Positions 47,018-57,720 are shown, counted from the stretch's first letter. The stretch is DNA of 64,000 nt from Promethearchaeota archaeon (GCA_048938895.1 JBHLLU010000007.1:45907-109906), one strand, 5' to 3'. Program-made: numbers and translations. The notes: generated by a model not told the origin, from the sequence alone.

Positions 47018-47500
47018 TTACTTTTTATTCAGCATCTCATATTCTAAAATTCGTTTAATTCTCCCACGTAAGTCTAATCTAATCGCAGACATTCCGTAAG
47101 TGGGGATACCTAACTTTTCTTCGACTTGTTCTGCGCTTAACGCGTTAGGCAAATCTTGTTTATTTGCTATGGCTATCATTTTTGAGCCGATATAACGAGA
47201 AAATTTTTTATAGATCTCTTTTGTCTTCTCGATATTATCTTCAGTAGAATCACAAACTAATATAGCTAATCCAGCTCCTTTTAAAAAATCTCTCCACATG
47301 AATCTAAAACGTTCTTGACCACCAAAGTCCCAAATGTTTACCTTACTTCCGTTTAACGTTGAATCCTCTATTTCTAATCCAACTGTGGGATTTGTTTCTT
47401 TGTAGATTTTTCTTCCTTGGAGTAAAGATAACAATGAAGACTTCCCAACCCCACTATGACCAACAAAACATATCTTTGCTTTTGTTGTTTGAACCTTCAA
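47018..47500 (-). CDS. Arf-like small GTPase
   Basis: GHSGVGKS, PTVG, WDFGGQERFR.MW, ANKQDLPNA, MSA. Confidence 0.88.
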   Translation of the reverse strand: MKVQTTKAKICFVGHSGVGKSSLLSLLQGRKIYKETNPTVGLEIEDSTLNGSKVNIWDFGGQERFRFMWRDFLKGAGLAILVCDSTEDNIEKTKEIYKKFSRYIGSKMIAIANKQDLPNALSAEQVEEKLGIPTYGMSAIRLDLRGRIKRILEYEMLNKK

Positions 47501-47705
47501 TCAACCTTTTCTATGTAAAACACCGTTATGTAGAAAAGGCAAATCCGGTTTCAAAAATTAAAATAATATTCGTATAATACGTAAATAACCCAATAGATAA
47601 TAAAGATAATATTGAAACTGAAAATTTTGAAATAACCAAAAGATTTAAAATAAATTTTTAAAACAAAACGATTTAAAATAAAAGTTCAAAAAAAAAGTTT
47701 TTTCT

Positions 47706-49007
47706 TTAGGCTCCTGTGTCGATTTCCTTAACTATTCCAACGGCGACAGTGCGTCCCATGTCCCGTACAGCAAATCGGCCCATCTCAGGGAAATCATTAT
47801 ACTTTTCGAGACACATTTTCTTGATGGGTGATAATTCTACAATTGCAGATTCATTTCTCTTGAGGAACTTAGGAGAATCCTCAATTACAGCCCCTGTTTT
47901 CTGATCTAATTTTTTAACCAAGCTTGCAAACCTTGCAGCAACTTGAGCAGTGTGAGCATGAACCACTGGTGTATATCCTTGTGCTACAGCAGTTGGGTGC
48001 CATATAACTATAATTTGCCCCGTCCATTTTCCCTTTGGGGTAATTACAGTAGGAATATTACTTGGATGACCTAAGCAATCACCTCGACTTGCATCTTGCA
48101 TTGTAATTCCACGAATACTCATTCCTATATTATCACCAGGTTCAGCTTGAGGTATTTCTTCATGATGCATCTCAATTGTTCTAATTTCTCCTTTAAAACC
48201 AGTGGGCATTATAACTACTTGATCACCTTTCTTCAAAATTCCTGTTTCTACCCGTCCCACTGGTACAACACCAGTTCCTTTAATTCTATAAGAATCTTGA
48301 ATTGGAACTCTTAAAGGTTTGCCTGTAGGTTTCTCTGGGAGCACGAATTTATCAATAGCTTCAATTAATGTTGGTCCGTCATACCAAGATAATTTATCGC
48401 TCTTCTTCGAGAGATTATCCATTGCCATACCACTCGTTGGAACGAATGGTACATCCTTTACCCGAAAACCGATATTTTTAAGAAGATCTCCAACAGATTC
48501 TTTTACTTCATTAAAACGGTCCTCACTATAGTCATACACGTCAGCTTTATTCACAGCAACTACAAGCTGTTTTACACCTAGAGTTTGTGCTAAATAAGCA
48601 TGCTCTCTAGTCTGACCATTGGCAGCAATACCTACTTCCATTTCACCTTTCTTGCCAGAAACGACGAGGATTGCGGCGTCAGCTTGGCTGGCGCCAGTTA
48701 TCATGTTCTTGACAAAATCGGCATGGCCAGGAGCATCAATAATAGTAAAATATCGATTTGGAGTTTCAAACTTACGAAATGCTAAATCGATTGTGATACC
48801 ACGCTGTCGTTCTTCTTTTAGCTTGTCAAACACAAATGCATATGACCAAGATTCTCTATCATATTCTTTTGCAAGTTTTTCCAATTCCCGGGCTTCTCTT
48901 TCAGTGACCGCACCTGTTTCAATGAGTAAAGCACCCATCATGGTGCTTTTGCCGTGATCAATATGTCCTATAATTACTAGGTTTAAATGAGGTTTATCAG
49001 TTGGCAT
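47706..49007 (-). CDS. tuf: Elongation factor 1-alpha
   Basis: GHIDHGKST, RGITID, DAPGHADF, NKAD, GRFAVRDMGRTVAVG. Confidence 0.97.
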   Translation of the reverse strand: MPTDKPHLNLVIIGHIDHGKSTMMGALLIETGAVTEREARELEKLAKEYDRESWSYAFVFDKLKEERQRGITIDLAFRKFETPNRYFTIIDAPGHADFVKNMITGASQADAAILVVSGKKGEMEVGIAANGQTREHAYLAQTLGVKQLVVAVNKADVYDYSEDRFNEVKESVGDLLKNIGFRVKDVPFVPTSGMAMDNLSKKSDKLSWYDGPTLIEAIDKFVLPEKPTGKPLRVPIQDSYRIKGTGVVPVGRVETGILKKGDQVVIMPTGFKGEIRTIEMHHEEIPQAEPGDNIGMSIRGITMQDASRGDCLGHPSNIPTVITPKGKWTGQIIVIWHPTAVAQGYTPVVHAHTAQVAARFASLVKKLDQKTGAVIEDSPKFLKRNESAIVELSPIKKMCLEKYNDFPEMGRFAVRDMGRTVAVGIVKEIDTGA

Positions 49008-49391
49008 AATTCATCAATTTCCTCTATTTTTATTATTTTTATTCAATCTAAATTTTAATTATATATTCAATTTAATTTTTATTAGATGTTAATTGTAAAT
49101 GTCGATGAGTTTATATTTTTTACTATATTTAACTCTTAATTTTCGAGGATTTGACCTCAAAATAAATAATATTGCATAATTTAATTCTTTTTACTCAATG
49201 TTTTAAAGGTAATTCAATTTACAGTAACTTCAGTCAGAGTTCAATTTTTCAAACTATTTATTGTCAAATTTCATAATATGATAATAGTTTTAAGTACAAG
49301 GATAAGAGGATTTTTAATAAAACAAGAAATATAAACGAGTTGAAATTTAACTAAATATTGAAAAAAATTATTGAAAATAAGGGGGATAAAT

Positions 49392-51257
49392 ATGGTAAAT
49401 GGATATACTGGTAATATTCTTAGAGTGGATTTAAAGAATGAAAAAACTTCAATAGAAAATCCCGAGGAAATTTTCTACCGTCGATATATAGGAGGTGAAG
49501 GTATTGTAGCCTACTATCTCTTAAAGGAATTAAAAGCAGGTGTAGATCCATTAGGTCCTGAAAATAAGTTAATTTTTGCTACTGGTCCTTTGACTGGATA
49601 TGCGATTCCTGGGACGGGGAGAAATAGTGTTGGTGCTAAGTCGCCTTTGACAGGAGGATTTGGTGAAGCCGAAGTGGGTGGTCATTGGGGAGCAGAGTTA
49701 AAGCATGCAGGAGTTGACGTGATAATAATAGAAGGAAAATCAAAAAGTCCTGTTTATCTATGGATAAATGATGGAAAAGTGGAAATTAAGGATGCAAGTC
49801 ATCTCTGGGGCAAAATTACAGGTGAAACAGAAGCAATAATTAAAAAAGAGCTAAACGATGAGTTTATCCGAGTAGCACAAATTGGACCTGGAGGAGAAAA
49901 CCTAGTGCGTTATGCTTGTGTTATAAACGACTTAAGAAATGCTGCTGGTCGTAGTGGTTTAGGTGCTGTAATGGGATCCAAGAATCTAAAAGCTATAGCT
50001 GTAAGAGGACATAAAAAGCTTGATATCAGTAATAAAGAGAATCTAAGAGCAAAAATGAGAGAATTTAACGAGGTGGCTTATAAACCCGTTTCAGGTTATT
50101 TTAAGTATGGAACAGGATATGGAATAATGGAACAATTTGCTTCAACTGGAAATCTTCCAACACGGAATTTTAGGGATGGTGATTTTAATTACGCAAGGGA
50201 TTTAGATCCTGGTATAATGAAAGAAGAGATTAGGCTAAAAATGGAAGCTTGTTATGCATGTTCAATTAGATGTAAGAAAATTGTTGATATTGGAGATCCT
50301 TGGAATGTTGATCCAATTTATGGAGGTCCTGAATATGAGTCAATTGGTGCATTTGGTTCAAATTGTGGGATAAATAATTTAAAAGCTATTTGTAAAGCTA
50401 ATGAACTTTGCAATAAATATTCTTTGGATGCAATATCTGCTGGAGTTTCTATTGGTTTTGCAATGGAATGTTATGAGAATGGAATCCTAACTGATAAAAA
50501 TACGAATGGAATAGAACTAAATTTTGGAAATACTGAAGCTATGATTCAAATGGTTGAGTTAATTGCTAAACGTGAAGGATTAGGAGACATTTTAGCAGAT
50601 GGAGTTAAAAGAGCTGCAGAAAAAATAAAAAAGGGATCAGAAAAGTTTGCTATGCATGTTAAAGGCCAAGAGATCCCTATGCATGAACCTCGTTTAAAGC
50701 AAGGATTAGGGGTTGGGTATGCTGTTTCACCAACAGGAGCAGAACACATGGCAAATATGCATGATCCTTCAATTGCAAGTGAAAGAGCTATTGCGGTTCA
50801 TAAAGCTATAAGTATTTTAGAACCACTCGAGATGGATGATTTGGGAATTAAAAAGATTAGAGCGTTGGTTTATTATACTAATTGGCGTAATTTGTTGAAT
50901 GCAGTATTAATATGTTATTTCGTACCATGGGATTATGTGGATATACCTGAAATTCTACGAGCCGTTACTGGGTGGTATACTTCGTCTTGGGAATTAATGA
51001 AAGTAGGAGAGAGAATAACAACAATGGCTAGAGTTTTCAATATAAGAGAGGGATTTAGGACTGAGGATGATTGGTTACCAGAAAGATTTTTCCAACCTCA
51101 TACGTCGGGAGCCCTCTCAGAAATTGCTATTAAATCAGATGATTTTAAAAATGCAATTATTAATTATTATAAAATGATGGGATGGAGTGAGGAAGGAATA
51201 CCAACAGAATCAAAATTAGATGAATTGGATATAAACTGGGTCTCTCAACATCTTTAA
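49392..51257 (+). CDS. aor: Tungsten-type aldehyde:ferredoxin oxidoreductase family protein
   Basis: KSPLTGG, IGPGGENL, GRSGLGAVMGSKNLKA, C..C...C, GPEYE, HVKG.E.P.HEPR. ATG at 49392 follows GGGGG. Confidence 0.92.
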   Translation: MVNGYTGNILRVDLKNEKTSIENPEEIFYRRYIGGEGIVAYYLLKELKAGVDPLGPENKLIFATGPLTGYAIPGTGRNSVGAKSPLTGGFGEAEVGGHWGAELKHAGVDVIIIEGKSKSPVYLWINDGKVEIKDASHLWGKITGETEAIIKKELNDEFIRVAQIGPGGENLVRYACVINDLRNAAGRSGLGAVMGSKNLKAIAVRGHKKLDISNKENLRAKMREFNEVAYKPVSGYFKYGTGYGIMEQFASTGNLPTRNFRDGDFNYARDLDPGIMKEEIRLKMEACYACSIRCKKIVDIGDPWNVDPIYGGPEYESIGAFGSNCGINNLKAICKANELCNKYSLDAISAGVSIGFAMECYENGILTDKNTNGIELNFGNTEAMIQMVELIAKREGLGDILADGVKRAAEKIKKGSEKFAMHVKGQEIPMHEPRLKQGLGVGYAVSPTGAEHMANMHDPSIASERAIAVHKAISILEPLEMDDLGIKKIRALVYYTNWRNLLNAVLICYFVPWDYVDIPEILRAVTGWYTSSWELMKVGERITTMARVFNIREGFRTEDDWLPERFFQPHTSGALSEIAIKSDDFKNAIINYYKMMGWSEEGIPTESKLDELDINWVSQHL

Positions 51258-51390
51258 AATTCAATATTAAAATTTATTCATCATCCAAATATTCATTTTT
51301 TAGAAAGATAATAAAAATAAAAAACTAGAGATCGTTAATTATAGTAATCTTCTAAAAAAGAAAGAGAATAAACAATAGTTAATTAGTATT

Positions 51391-52212
51391 ATGGTAAAGA
51401 GTAGAACAAAATTTCCGAAGGAAGGAGAGTTTGTAGTGGCTAAAGTCACTGAGGTTCAAAATCAATATGTCTACGTAGATTTAATTGATTTCGAAGGGTT
51501 ACCTTCTGAGGGGACCGCAAGAGGGATGATCCATATATCAGAGATCAGTTCTCGGTGGATTAAAAACATACGAAATTATGTTCGAATCGGTCAGAGAATA
51601 GTGCTAAGAGTATTACGAGTTGATCAAGAAAAGGGCCATGTTGATCTGTCGTTAAGAAGGGTAAATTCTGCTCAAAGAGAGATTCGTTTAAAAGAATGGA
51701 AGTATGCGGTGAAGTATGAAAATTTACTACAGTTTCTTACCGAAACAGAAGGAATTGATATGAGCCTTGATGAAGCTTATGAATTAATTGGATTTCCTGT
51801 GCTAGATTTTTTTGATACTTACCAGGAAACAATAGAGAATCTAAAGGAAAATGGTGAGGAGCTCTTAGGTGATTTGGAGGGGGTTACTGATGAAATAAAA
51901 ACTACATTATTGAAAATTGTAGATGAAAATGTAGAAATTTCTACAGTTAATATTTCTGGAAAAGTTAAACTCTCTTTTAATTCAGAAAATGGAATAGATC
52001 AAATTAAAGAGTCATTATTTGAAGCTATGAAGGTAATTGATTCCAAACAAACCCGTAATATTAAAATTAGCTATTTAGCAGCACCTTTTTATCGGCTAGA
52101 AGTGGTAACGAAAGATTATTTAGACGCTGAAAATATCTTATCTGATGCATTAGAGGTAATTGACCAAAAAGCACATCAATATAACGGAACTTTTGAATTC
52201 ATAAGAGATTAA
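51391..52212 (+). CDS. eif2a: Translation initiation factor 2 alpha subunit
   Basis: P.EGEFVV, S1 domain GMIHISEIS..WIKNIR, DLSLRRV, AAPFYR. Confidence 0.94.
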   Translation: MVKSRTKFPKEGEFVVAKVTEVQNQYVYVDLIDFEGLPSEGTARGMIHISEISSRWIKNIRNYVRIGQRIVLRVLRVDQEKGHVDLSLRRVNSAQREIRLKEWKYAVKYENLLQFLTETEGIDMSLDEAYELIGFPVLDFFDTYQETIENLKENGEELLGDLEGVTDEIKTTLLKIVDENVEISTVNISGKVKLSFNSENGIDQIKESLFEAMKVIDSKQTRNIKISYLAAPFYRLEVVTKDYLDAENILSDALEVIDQKAHQYNGTFEFIRD

Positions 52213-52225
52213 CTTTGAGTGAACT

Positions 52226-52417
52226 ATGACAAAATATTTGTTAAAATGTGTTGAATGTAAAAAGTATGGTTTACCAAACCCAAATTTAAAGTGTCGTTAT
52301 TGTGGGGGGCGACTAGCCAACCCGAAGCCCCCAAAATTTTCATTAACCGATAAGTGGGGGAAATACCGATTACAATATTTTAAAGAAGAATTTGATAAAA
52401 AATTTAGATCATCCTAA
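52226..52417 (+). CDS. nop10: H/ACA RNP protein Nop10
   Basis: CxxC..Y...CxxCGG...PKPPKFS..DKWGKYR; follows aIF2alpha. Confidence 0.9.
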   Translation: MTKYLLKCVECKKYGLPNPNLKCRYCGGRLANPKPPKFSLTDKWGKYRLQYFKEEFDKKFRSS

Positions 52418-53082
52418 GTTATATCTACTTTTTCTGCAAACTTTTCCAACAATAGGATTTTCGCATTTTGGGAGGGAATAGATGCAAGATCCCCTTCCTT
52501 GAATGGTCCATAGTTGATGAGATCAATACCTACTAACGGTGGAGTTTCTTTTATGAATTTTAATATTATAAAATCCACTTCTTCTTTCTCTGGTATAATA
52601 ACTGTATCAAGGATTTTAGCTTCTATTTCTCTGCTAGGAGTTTCTGGTTTATCAATCTCAGAAACAACCTGTTCTTCAGGTTTAATAATTTCTTCTGGTT
52701 GTGTTATCTCTTCCCCTTCAAACATGGATATTGCTTTTACCTTTCTATAACCTTTGATCGAGCTGACTAAATTTTGATATAATAGTTTCTCAGCTTCTAT
52801 AACATTATCTAGATCAATTTCTTTTAAAGCAAGAGCGGAGTTAATTATTTTGAGTTCCCGTATCTTTAATAGATCCTCATAAAGATATTTTAAGTTATTC
52901 TTATATGCTTCAAATAATTTGAATTTAATAATATCTTTTTCAGGTTCTTGATGGTCCTCAATAGTTTTCAAAAGGTTAGTATAGTGATCAAAAAGATTCC
53001 GATTTAATTTAGTCAATTCTACCTGTTCGAACTCATCTTTCCACTGCTGGAACATGTCTTCATAATCTTTTTCTAAATCCAT
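52414..53082 (-). CDS. gins15: GINS complex subunit (Gins15/Psf1-Sld5 type)
   Basis: Helical A domain with R..KI, acidic linker, B domain VGIDL..YGPF..GD...IP..NA..L. Follows priS. Confidence 0.85.
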   Translation of the reverse strand: MDLEKDYEDMFQQWKDEFEQVELTKLNRNLFDHYTNLLKTIEDHQEPEKDIIKFKLFEAYKNNLKYLYEDLLKIRELKIINSALALKEIDLDNVIEAEKLLYQNLVSSIKGYRKVKAISMFEGEEITQPEEIIKPEEQVVSEIDKPETPSREIEAKILDTVIIPEKEEVDFIILKFIKETPPLVGIDLINYGPFKEGDLASIPSQNAKILLLEKFAEKVDIT

Positions 53083-53143
53083 TAATATCGGAACTTTTTG
53101 CTTTGAAGTATTTAAGTATTTTTCACTTTAGTAGGTTTGGAAT

Positions 53144-54427
53144 TTATACTGTTCTTGCTACTTCTTTACATAAAAGAAAGACCGCAATATGATGGGGTAC
53201 TTCAATTATTTCTCCTTTTGAATATGGTCCATAAGAGATTCCTTTAATTTTTGTATGAGGGACTCGTTTCTCCATAATTTCTAATTTGGTTGTTTCCTTC
53301 TTACTTTCAAAAACAATTGGATCAAGCTTTTTTTTTGGTTCATCTAAGGGACTAAATTCATCGAGCTCATCAGGAAATATTTCTTGAGTTTTGAATCCAG
53401 TTTTTCCGTGTAATGACCCCGGATATCTTATGAGTCTATGAATATCAATAGTCACGGGAGTATCGATCTCTATACCGATTTTATGTATAATTCCTTTAAA
53501 AAATTTTTCCCAATTATTTATTCCAAAACCCTCAATTGAAGGTAAAACAAAATTGATTTTATCTTCTAGCCTATTTATAAAATCTTTTTTTGAATTCATA
53601 AAGCTTTTGATATAATTCTTACTAAAGTTGAAATTCGATAAAGTGTGTTCTATCTCTAAATCGTTTCTTTTAAGTAAATCTAATGTTTTCCGTATGATTT
53701 TTTGAGTCCAACCATAAGTATCACCTGAAAATCTATATATATTTCCTCCTTTCTCCTGTAATCCTAATAATTTTAATGAGATATTTTCTCCAACAATATA
53801 GTCAGCAATTTCTCTCCTTTCGTTGCTAGTTAAATTCCGTATTTGTCGACTTTCAATTTTCAAATGGTATCCTCGATGTCCTGAAAAGGCTATCTTCATA
53901 TTACTTAAATCAATCCCGAAGTCAGGAATTAAGAAATTATAGATTAACTTGATTATTTCTCTTTTAGCTGTTTCTAAACAATCATCACAAATCCAAGCTA
54001 AAGTTTTAATTTTCATTTTTTTACAATTGGGACATGAATTTACCATCCCTTTTCCACTTTCTCCACATTCCTTACAGTACCAGAGATCATGATCTGCCTT
54101 ACAGGGAGTATAAAAATGATCAACATCAATATCAATAATGAAATCGCATCCTTGGTATCCTTTTCCTTCCATATCTTGGTTTTCTGGTTGTTTATAAATA
54201 GCTCCACTCGAATAAATATGTCTAGGTCCCTCGTTAACTAGAAGTGCTAGAAGTTGCTCTTGAATTTTAAAACTCATATGCCTTTTCATGAATGTCTTTT
54301 TATCCCATGGTATGTATCCAAATTCTCTAAGATCAAATGAGCTAAGATGGGGGATTTCAGAACTCTTTTCGCTGTAATAAGCTTTGAAAAGACGTTTAAG
54401 ATAGTTTATATCACTCATCTTTCCCAC
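53144..54427 (-). CDS. priS: DNA primase catalytic subunit
   Basis: REFG, DFIIDIDVD, FSGHRGYH, IDTPVTIDIHRLIRYPGSLHGKTG. Confidence 0.95.
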   Translation of the reverse strand: MGKMSDINYLKRLFKAYYSEKSSEIPHLSSFDLREFGYIPWDKKTFMKRHMSFKIQEQLLALLVNEGPRHIYSSGAIYKQPENQDMEGKGYQGCDFIIDIDVDHFYTPCKADHDLWYCKECGESGKGMVNSCPNCKKMKIKTLAWICDDCLETAKREIIKLIYNFLIPDFGIDLSNMKIAFSGHRGYHLKIESRQIRNLTSNERREIADYIVGENISLKLLGLQEKGGNIYRFSGDTYGWTQKIIRKTLDLLKRNDLEIEHTLSNFNFSKNYIKSFMNSKKDFINRLEDKINFVLPSIEGFGINNWEKFFKGIIHKIGIEIDTPVTIDIHRLIRYPGSLHGKTGFKTQEIFPDELDEFSPLDEPKKKLDPIVFESKKETTKLEIMEKRVPHTKIKGISYGPYSKGEIIEVPHHIAVFLLCKEVARTV

Positions 54428-55604
54428 CTTGGTCTTCTTTATTATAATATTCCCATTTCTCTGCTCTATATTTCTGTATTTGAGTATAAGATAAAGGATG
54501 AGCTAATTTTCTTCTTTCATTTGGTTCCTTTGCACCATATCCTAGCAAGCATAACTCATCTTTGTATTTCATGGCCATACATAAGTTAAGAGACTTTAAT
54601 GTTAAACATTTATAAGGAATATATTTTTTCTTCTTAGCGAAATTAACTTGGTAAGCAGTCTTCTCTCGATTGAAATCTGGCATTGTGGAAAACAGATCCA
54701 CCACTTTTTCCACGGGATATTCAAGAGCAAGTAAAAACCAAACGATAAAAAGTCTTTCATTATGAATTAAATTTTGACCTGCTTGCATTTTCTTTAATAT
54801 TTCATTTACACATGGGGGAAATAGACGCGATATATTTTCTTCACTTTCAATATCAATTTTGAAAACAAATTCAAATTCTTCCTTCTTATTTGCCCACGCA
54901 ACCAATATCTTGTCGTATAGCTCCATAAAATCTTGAACTTGTGTAACTTCTTCTAGAAATGATTTTAATGAATCTTTATCTTCAGATTCTTCTATTAAAA
55001 GTTTATTTCTTACATACTCTTGTATTAATCGAATCAATCTATTATTTTCAAGGAATATATAGCCTTCTAAAAGAGAATTATGTACTAATTTTCTATATTC
55101 ATCTCTTAGGTTTGAGGCAAGTTTTAAATAATCAATGTAGTGAATAGTAAAATTACTCTCAAGGTTTTGATGTTCATCTTTTACAATATTTGTCCCATAT
55201 TTAACTGGGGGATCGTAGTATCTAATTTCTAGTCCTATATCTTTGCAGATATTATAGATAACCGCATCATTTTTTTCATTAATTAATTCATTATAAGTAA
55301 TTTTAGAATAAAGATTAGCTATACGATTTGTGATCATCTGGTTATCCAAAGCATATAGAAATATGTTTAACAGTAAATAAACGTAAACATTTAGTTTATC
55401 ACTTTTATAATCCGATATTTCCTCTAAATTTTCGAAAGCGGCTTTAAAAATGGTTAAAATTCTCTTCTTTATCTCACTTCCTAAATCATGGGAAAAAATT
55501 TCAGAAATAAAATTAGATGGTGATTTTGAAGCGATATCAGAATAATACTTTTTCAATGAAGGAAGCCATGGGTAATGATTAACAAGGTCAGTTGTTATAG
55601 TCAA
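54411..55604 (-). CDS. priL: DNA primase large subunit
   Basis: YPW, FPPCV, H.ERL, PDF....T.YQV, Fe-S cysteines, HPL.Y. Confidence 0.93.
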   Translation of the reverse strand: MTITTDLVNHYPWLPSLKKYYSDIASKSPSNFISEIFSHDLGSEIKKRILTIFKAAFENLEEISDYKSDKLNVYVYLLLNIFLYALDNQMITNRIANLYSKITYNELINEKNDAVIYNICKDIGLEIRYYDPPVKYGTNIVKDEHQNLESNFTIHYIDYLKLASNLRDEYRKLVHNSLLEGYIFLENNRLIRLIQEYVRNKLLIEESEDKDSLKSFLEEVTQVQDFMELYDKILVAWANKKEEFEFVFKIDIESEENISRLFPPCVNEILKKMQAGQNLIHNERLFIVWFLLALEYPVEKVVDLFSTMPDFNREKTAYQVNFAKKKKYIPYKCLTLKSLNLCMAMKYKDELCLLGYGAKEPNERRKLAHPLSYTQIQKYRAEKWEYYNKEDQGGKDE

Positions 55605-55719
55605 GGCTTTTAATACCTCACTTCATAGAATTGATATAAAATAATCAATTAGGATATGGTTGTTACTTTAATTTAATTATCCGGAGTTAATCGGTTTAAT
55701 AAAATTAATAAAGTGGGAG

Positions 55720-56523
55720 TTAAAATTCATCCATATCATCATCTTCATCGAATTCTTCTTCTTCAACGCGAGGTGCAAGGAAATAACTAAGTTTTCCACC
55801 TTCAAGAAGATCAAAATTCATTTTCAGAGGATGATCAGTCTTTAATGATATTTCCAGTTTTTCTGTAATTGAAGCTATTTTTAATATAGCTTTAAGGAAC
55901 GTTAAGGAATATGCTCCGGAACTGGTGCCTTGAAGTTCGCTTTCGATTAAATCATCTTCATTTAGATCGTATTCCATTTCGCCTATTTGTCCCGATGAGC
56001 TAAAAATTAATCCTTGTCCCTCATTTGCGTTTATATTGAGAATTTCAGAGTAAATTTCAGCATCTTTTATTGCTTCTACGAGAAAGTCTGGATCCAGAAC
56101 CCACGTAGAGGGATATTCAATTTTTAATAGGTTATCCATTGGGATTTCTTCAATATCAATATCAAGCAGAGCTAAGCTAAATGTTCTTGTTCGTGATACT
56201 CCTTCCCTTTGCATTTTGATTTTTATTTTTTGGTCAGTTTCATTAAAGTTGATCTCCACTGAATCATTTGCTGCGCTTCGTTTCAAGATTTTATCAAGAT
56301 CATCCAAATTTAGTCCCACTTTAGATTCTTTCCTGCACTCATAGCCGTCGAAATCGTCTTTTTTAATAGATAGCTTGAGTAAGCAAATTCTGCTTGGATC
56401 CATTGCTGAAATTGTAAACTCTTTAGGAGTGACCCGAAACTCAGTTTCATCAATTATACTGGCAAGAGTTTCAACAATACCTTTCAATATCCGACTATTT
56501 TCTAATTTTAACGTAAAACTCAT
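55720..56523 (-). CDS. pcn: Proliferating cell nuclear antigen (sliding clamp)
   Basis: AMDPSRI, C-terminal YFLAPR followed by an acidic tail. Confidence 0.96.
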   Translation of the reverse strand: MSFTLKLENSRILKGIVETLASIIDETEFRVTPKEFTISAMDPSRICLLKLSIKKDDFDGYECRKESKVGLNLDDLDKILKRSAANDSVEINFNETDQKIKIKMQREGVSRTRTFSLALLDIDIEEIPMDNLLKIEYPSTWVLDPDFLVEAIKDAEIYSEILNINANEGQGLIFSSSGQIGEMEYDLNEDDLIESELQGTSSGAYSLTFLKAILKIASITEKLEISLKTDHPLKMNFDLLEGGKLSYFLAPRVEEEEFDEDDDMDEF

Positions 56524-56701
56524 ATTCTTTCAGTATCTTTATTCAATTATAATTAAGATAATAATGTTGTGTTGGCATTATTAATAATGTTTAATATTAG
56601 TCTTTTAATAAAACCATTTCTAAGTATTAAAATAATTATTTATAGGTATCTTAATTTTTGAATGTATAGTATTATTAAATTTAGAGATTTTTAAGTAAAA
56701 A

Positions 56702-57019
56702 ATGTCAATACAATCGGCTCCACAAAGAGTAATAAAAGATATTAAAAATGATGACGTGAGAATTCAAGTAACTGGCTACATAAGAGATCCGATTGAGCAA
56801 GATTCTTTTGTTTTAGAAGATAGAACAGGAGATATTAGCGTTAACATCAAAAATGTTGAATTCCCTTTCAAGAAAGACGATTTAATTAATGTTATTGGTG
56901 AGCTTTTAATTAGTATGGATGGTAGCAAAACAATTGTTGCACAGATCATCCAAGACATGAAGAATTTAAATTTCGAATACTATCTAAAATTATATGAATT
57001 AAAGAAGGAATACGGTTAA
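56702..57019 (+). CDS. Small OB-fold protein, RPA14/RPA3-like
   Basis: RIQVTG...F.LED.TG.I.V...D.I.VIG...A.IIQD plus C-terminal helix NFEYY. Divergent from pcn. Confidence 0.7.
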   Translation: MSIQSAPQRVIKDIKNDDVRIQVTGYIRDPIEQDSFVLEDRTGDISVNIKNVEFPFKKDDLINVIGELLISMDGSKTIVAQIIQDMKNLNFEYYLKLYELKKEYG

Positions 57020-57044
57020 GTAGAGAAATTTTAGTTGATGATAA

Positions 57045-57377
57045 ATGGTAGATTTCTGTCCTGAATGCTCCAATCTTTTACGTAAAAAGGTTGAAGATGG
57101 TACTGAATTTTTGGTATGTAAGTGTGGTTACCAAGAAATTCTCGAAGATTCAATTGATCATGAGACGATTCAAAAAAAAAGAGAGGCTTTAGAGAATAGC
57201 TTGATAATAGTTAAAGAAGAAGATAAAATTAATGTTCATCCTATTGTGAAAAAAATTTGCCCTAAATGTGAGCATAAGGAAGCTGAAACCTGGCAAGTTC
57301 AAATTCGGAGCTCAGATGAGCCAAGTACTCATTTTTTTAAATGTACAAATTGTAAATACTCTTGGCGCGAAGGATAA
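57045..57377 (+). CDS. tfs: Transcription factor S / RpoM (TFIIS-like)
   Basis: FCPEC...C.CGY; CPKC...QIRSSDEPST.FF.C..C...WRE. Confidence 0.93.
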   Translation: MVDFCPECSNLLRKKVEDGTEFLVCKCGYQEILEDSIDHETIQKKREALENSLIIVKEEDKINVHPIVKKICPKCEHKEAETWQVQIRSSDEPSTHFFKCTNCKYSWREG

Positions 57378-57404
57378 CATGCTTTAGGAGGTAAAAAAGT
57401 ACAA

Positions 57405-57476
57405 TTGCATATTATTCCAATATAGCTCTTTAATCGTGAAAGTCCAGTTTCACGAAATTTAGGAATTAGAATGCAA
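57405..57476. other. Extended imperfect stem-loop between convergent tfs and rps27e
   Basis: TTGCAT/ATGCAA outer helix, TTCC/GGAA middle helix, perfect TCGTGAAA/TTTCACGA apical stem. Confidence 0.5.
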
Positions 57477-57491
57477 ATAATAATTCATTCA

Positions 57492-57698
57492 TTAAGAAAG
57501 GACTTCTAAAATTTTAGTAAGAATTCGAGCTTTTCCTCCTGTTGATTGGAGTAAAGTCTTTCCACACACTAAACATTCTACATCAGTTGCAGAACATCCA
57601 AAGATAATCTGTTGGTTCCCGCAATTCAAACACTTCACACGTAAAAACCTACTTTTAGGTTGGGGGATCAAATCTTGTGCTTTTTTTCTCTTTGGCAT
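57492..57698 (-). CDS. rps27e: 30S ribosomal protein eS27
   Basis: [14 protein letters not shown]......V.C..CG..L...TGGKA. Start corrected to MPKRKK (57698). Confidence 0.95.
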   Translation of the reverse strand: MPKRKKAQDLIPQPKSRFLRVKCLNCGNQQIIFGCSATDVECLVCGKTLLQSTGGKARILTKILEVLS

Positions 57699-57720
57699 AA
57701 TATTTCTTTTCCTTTTATAA

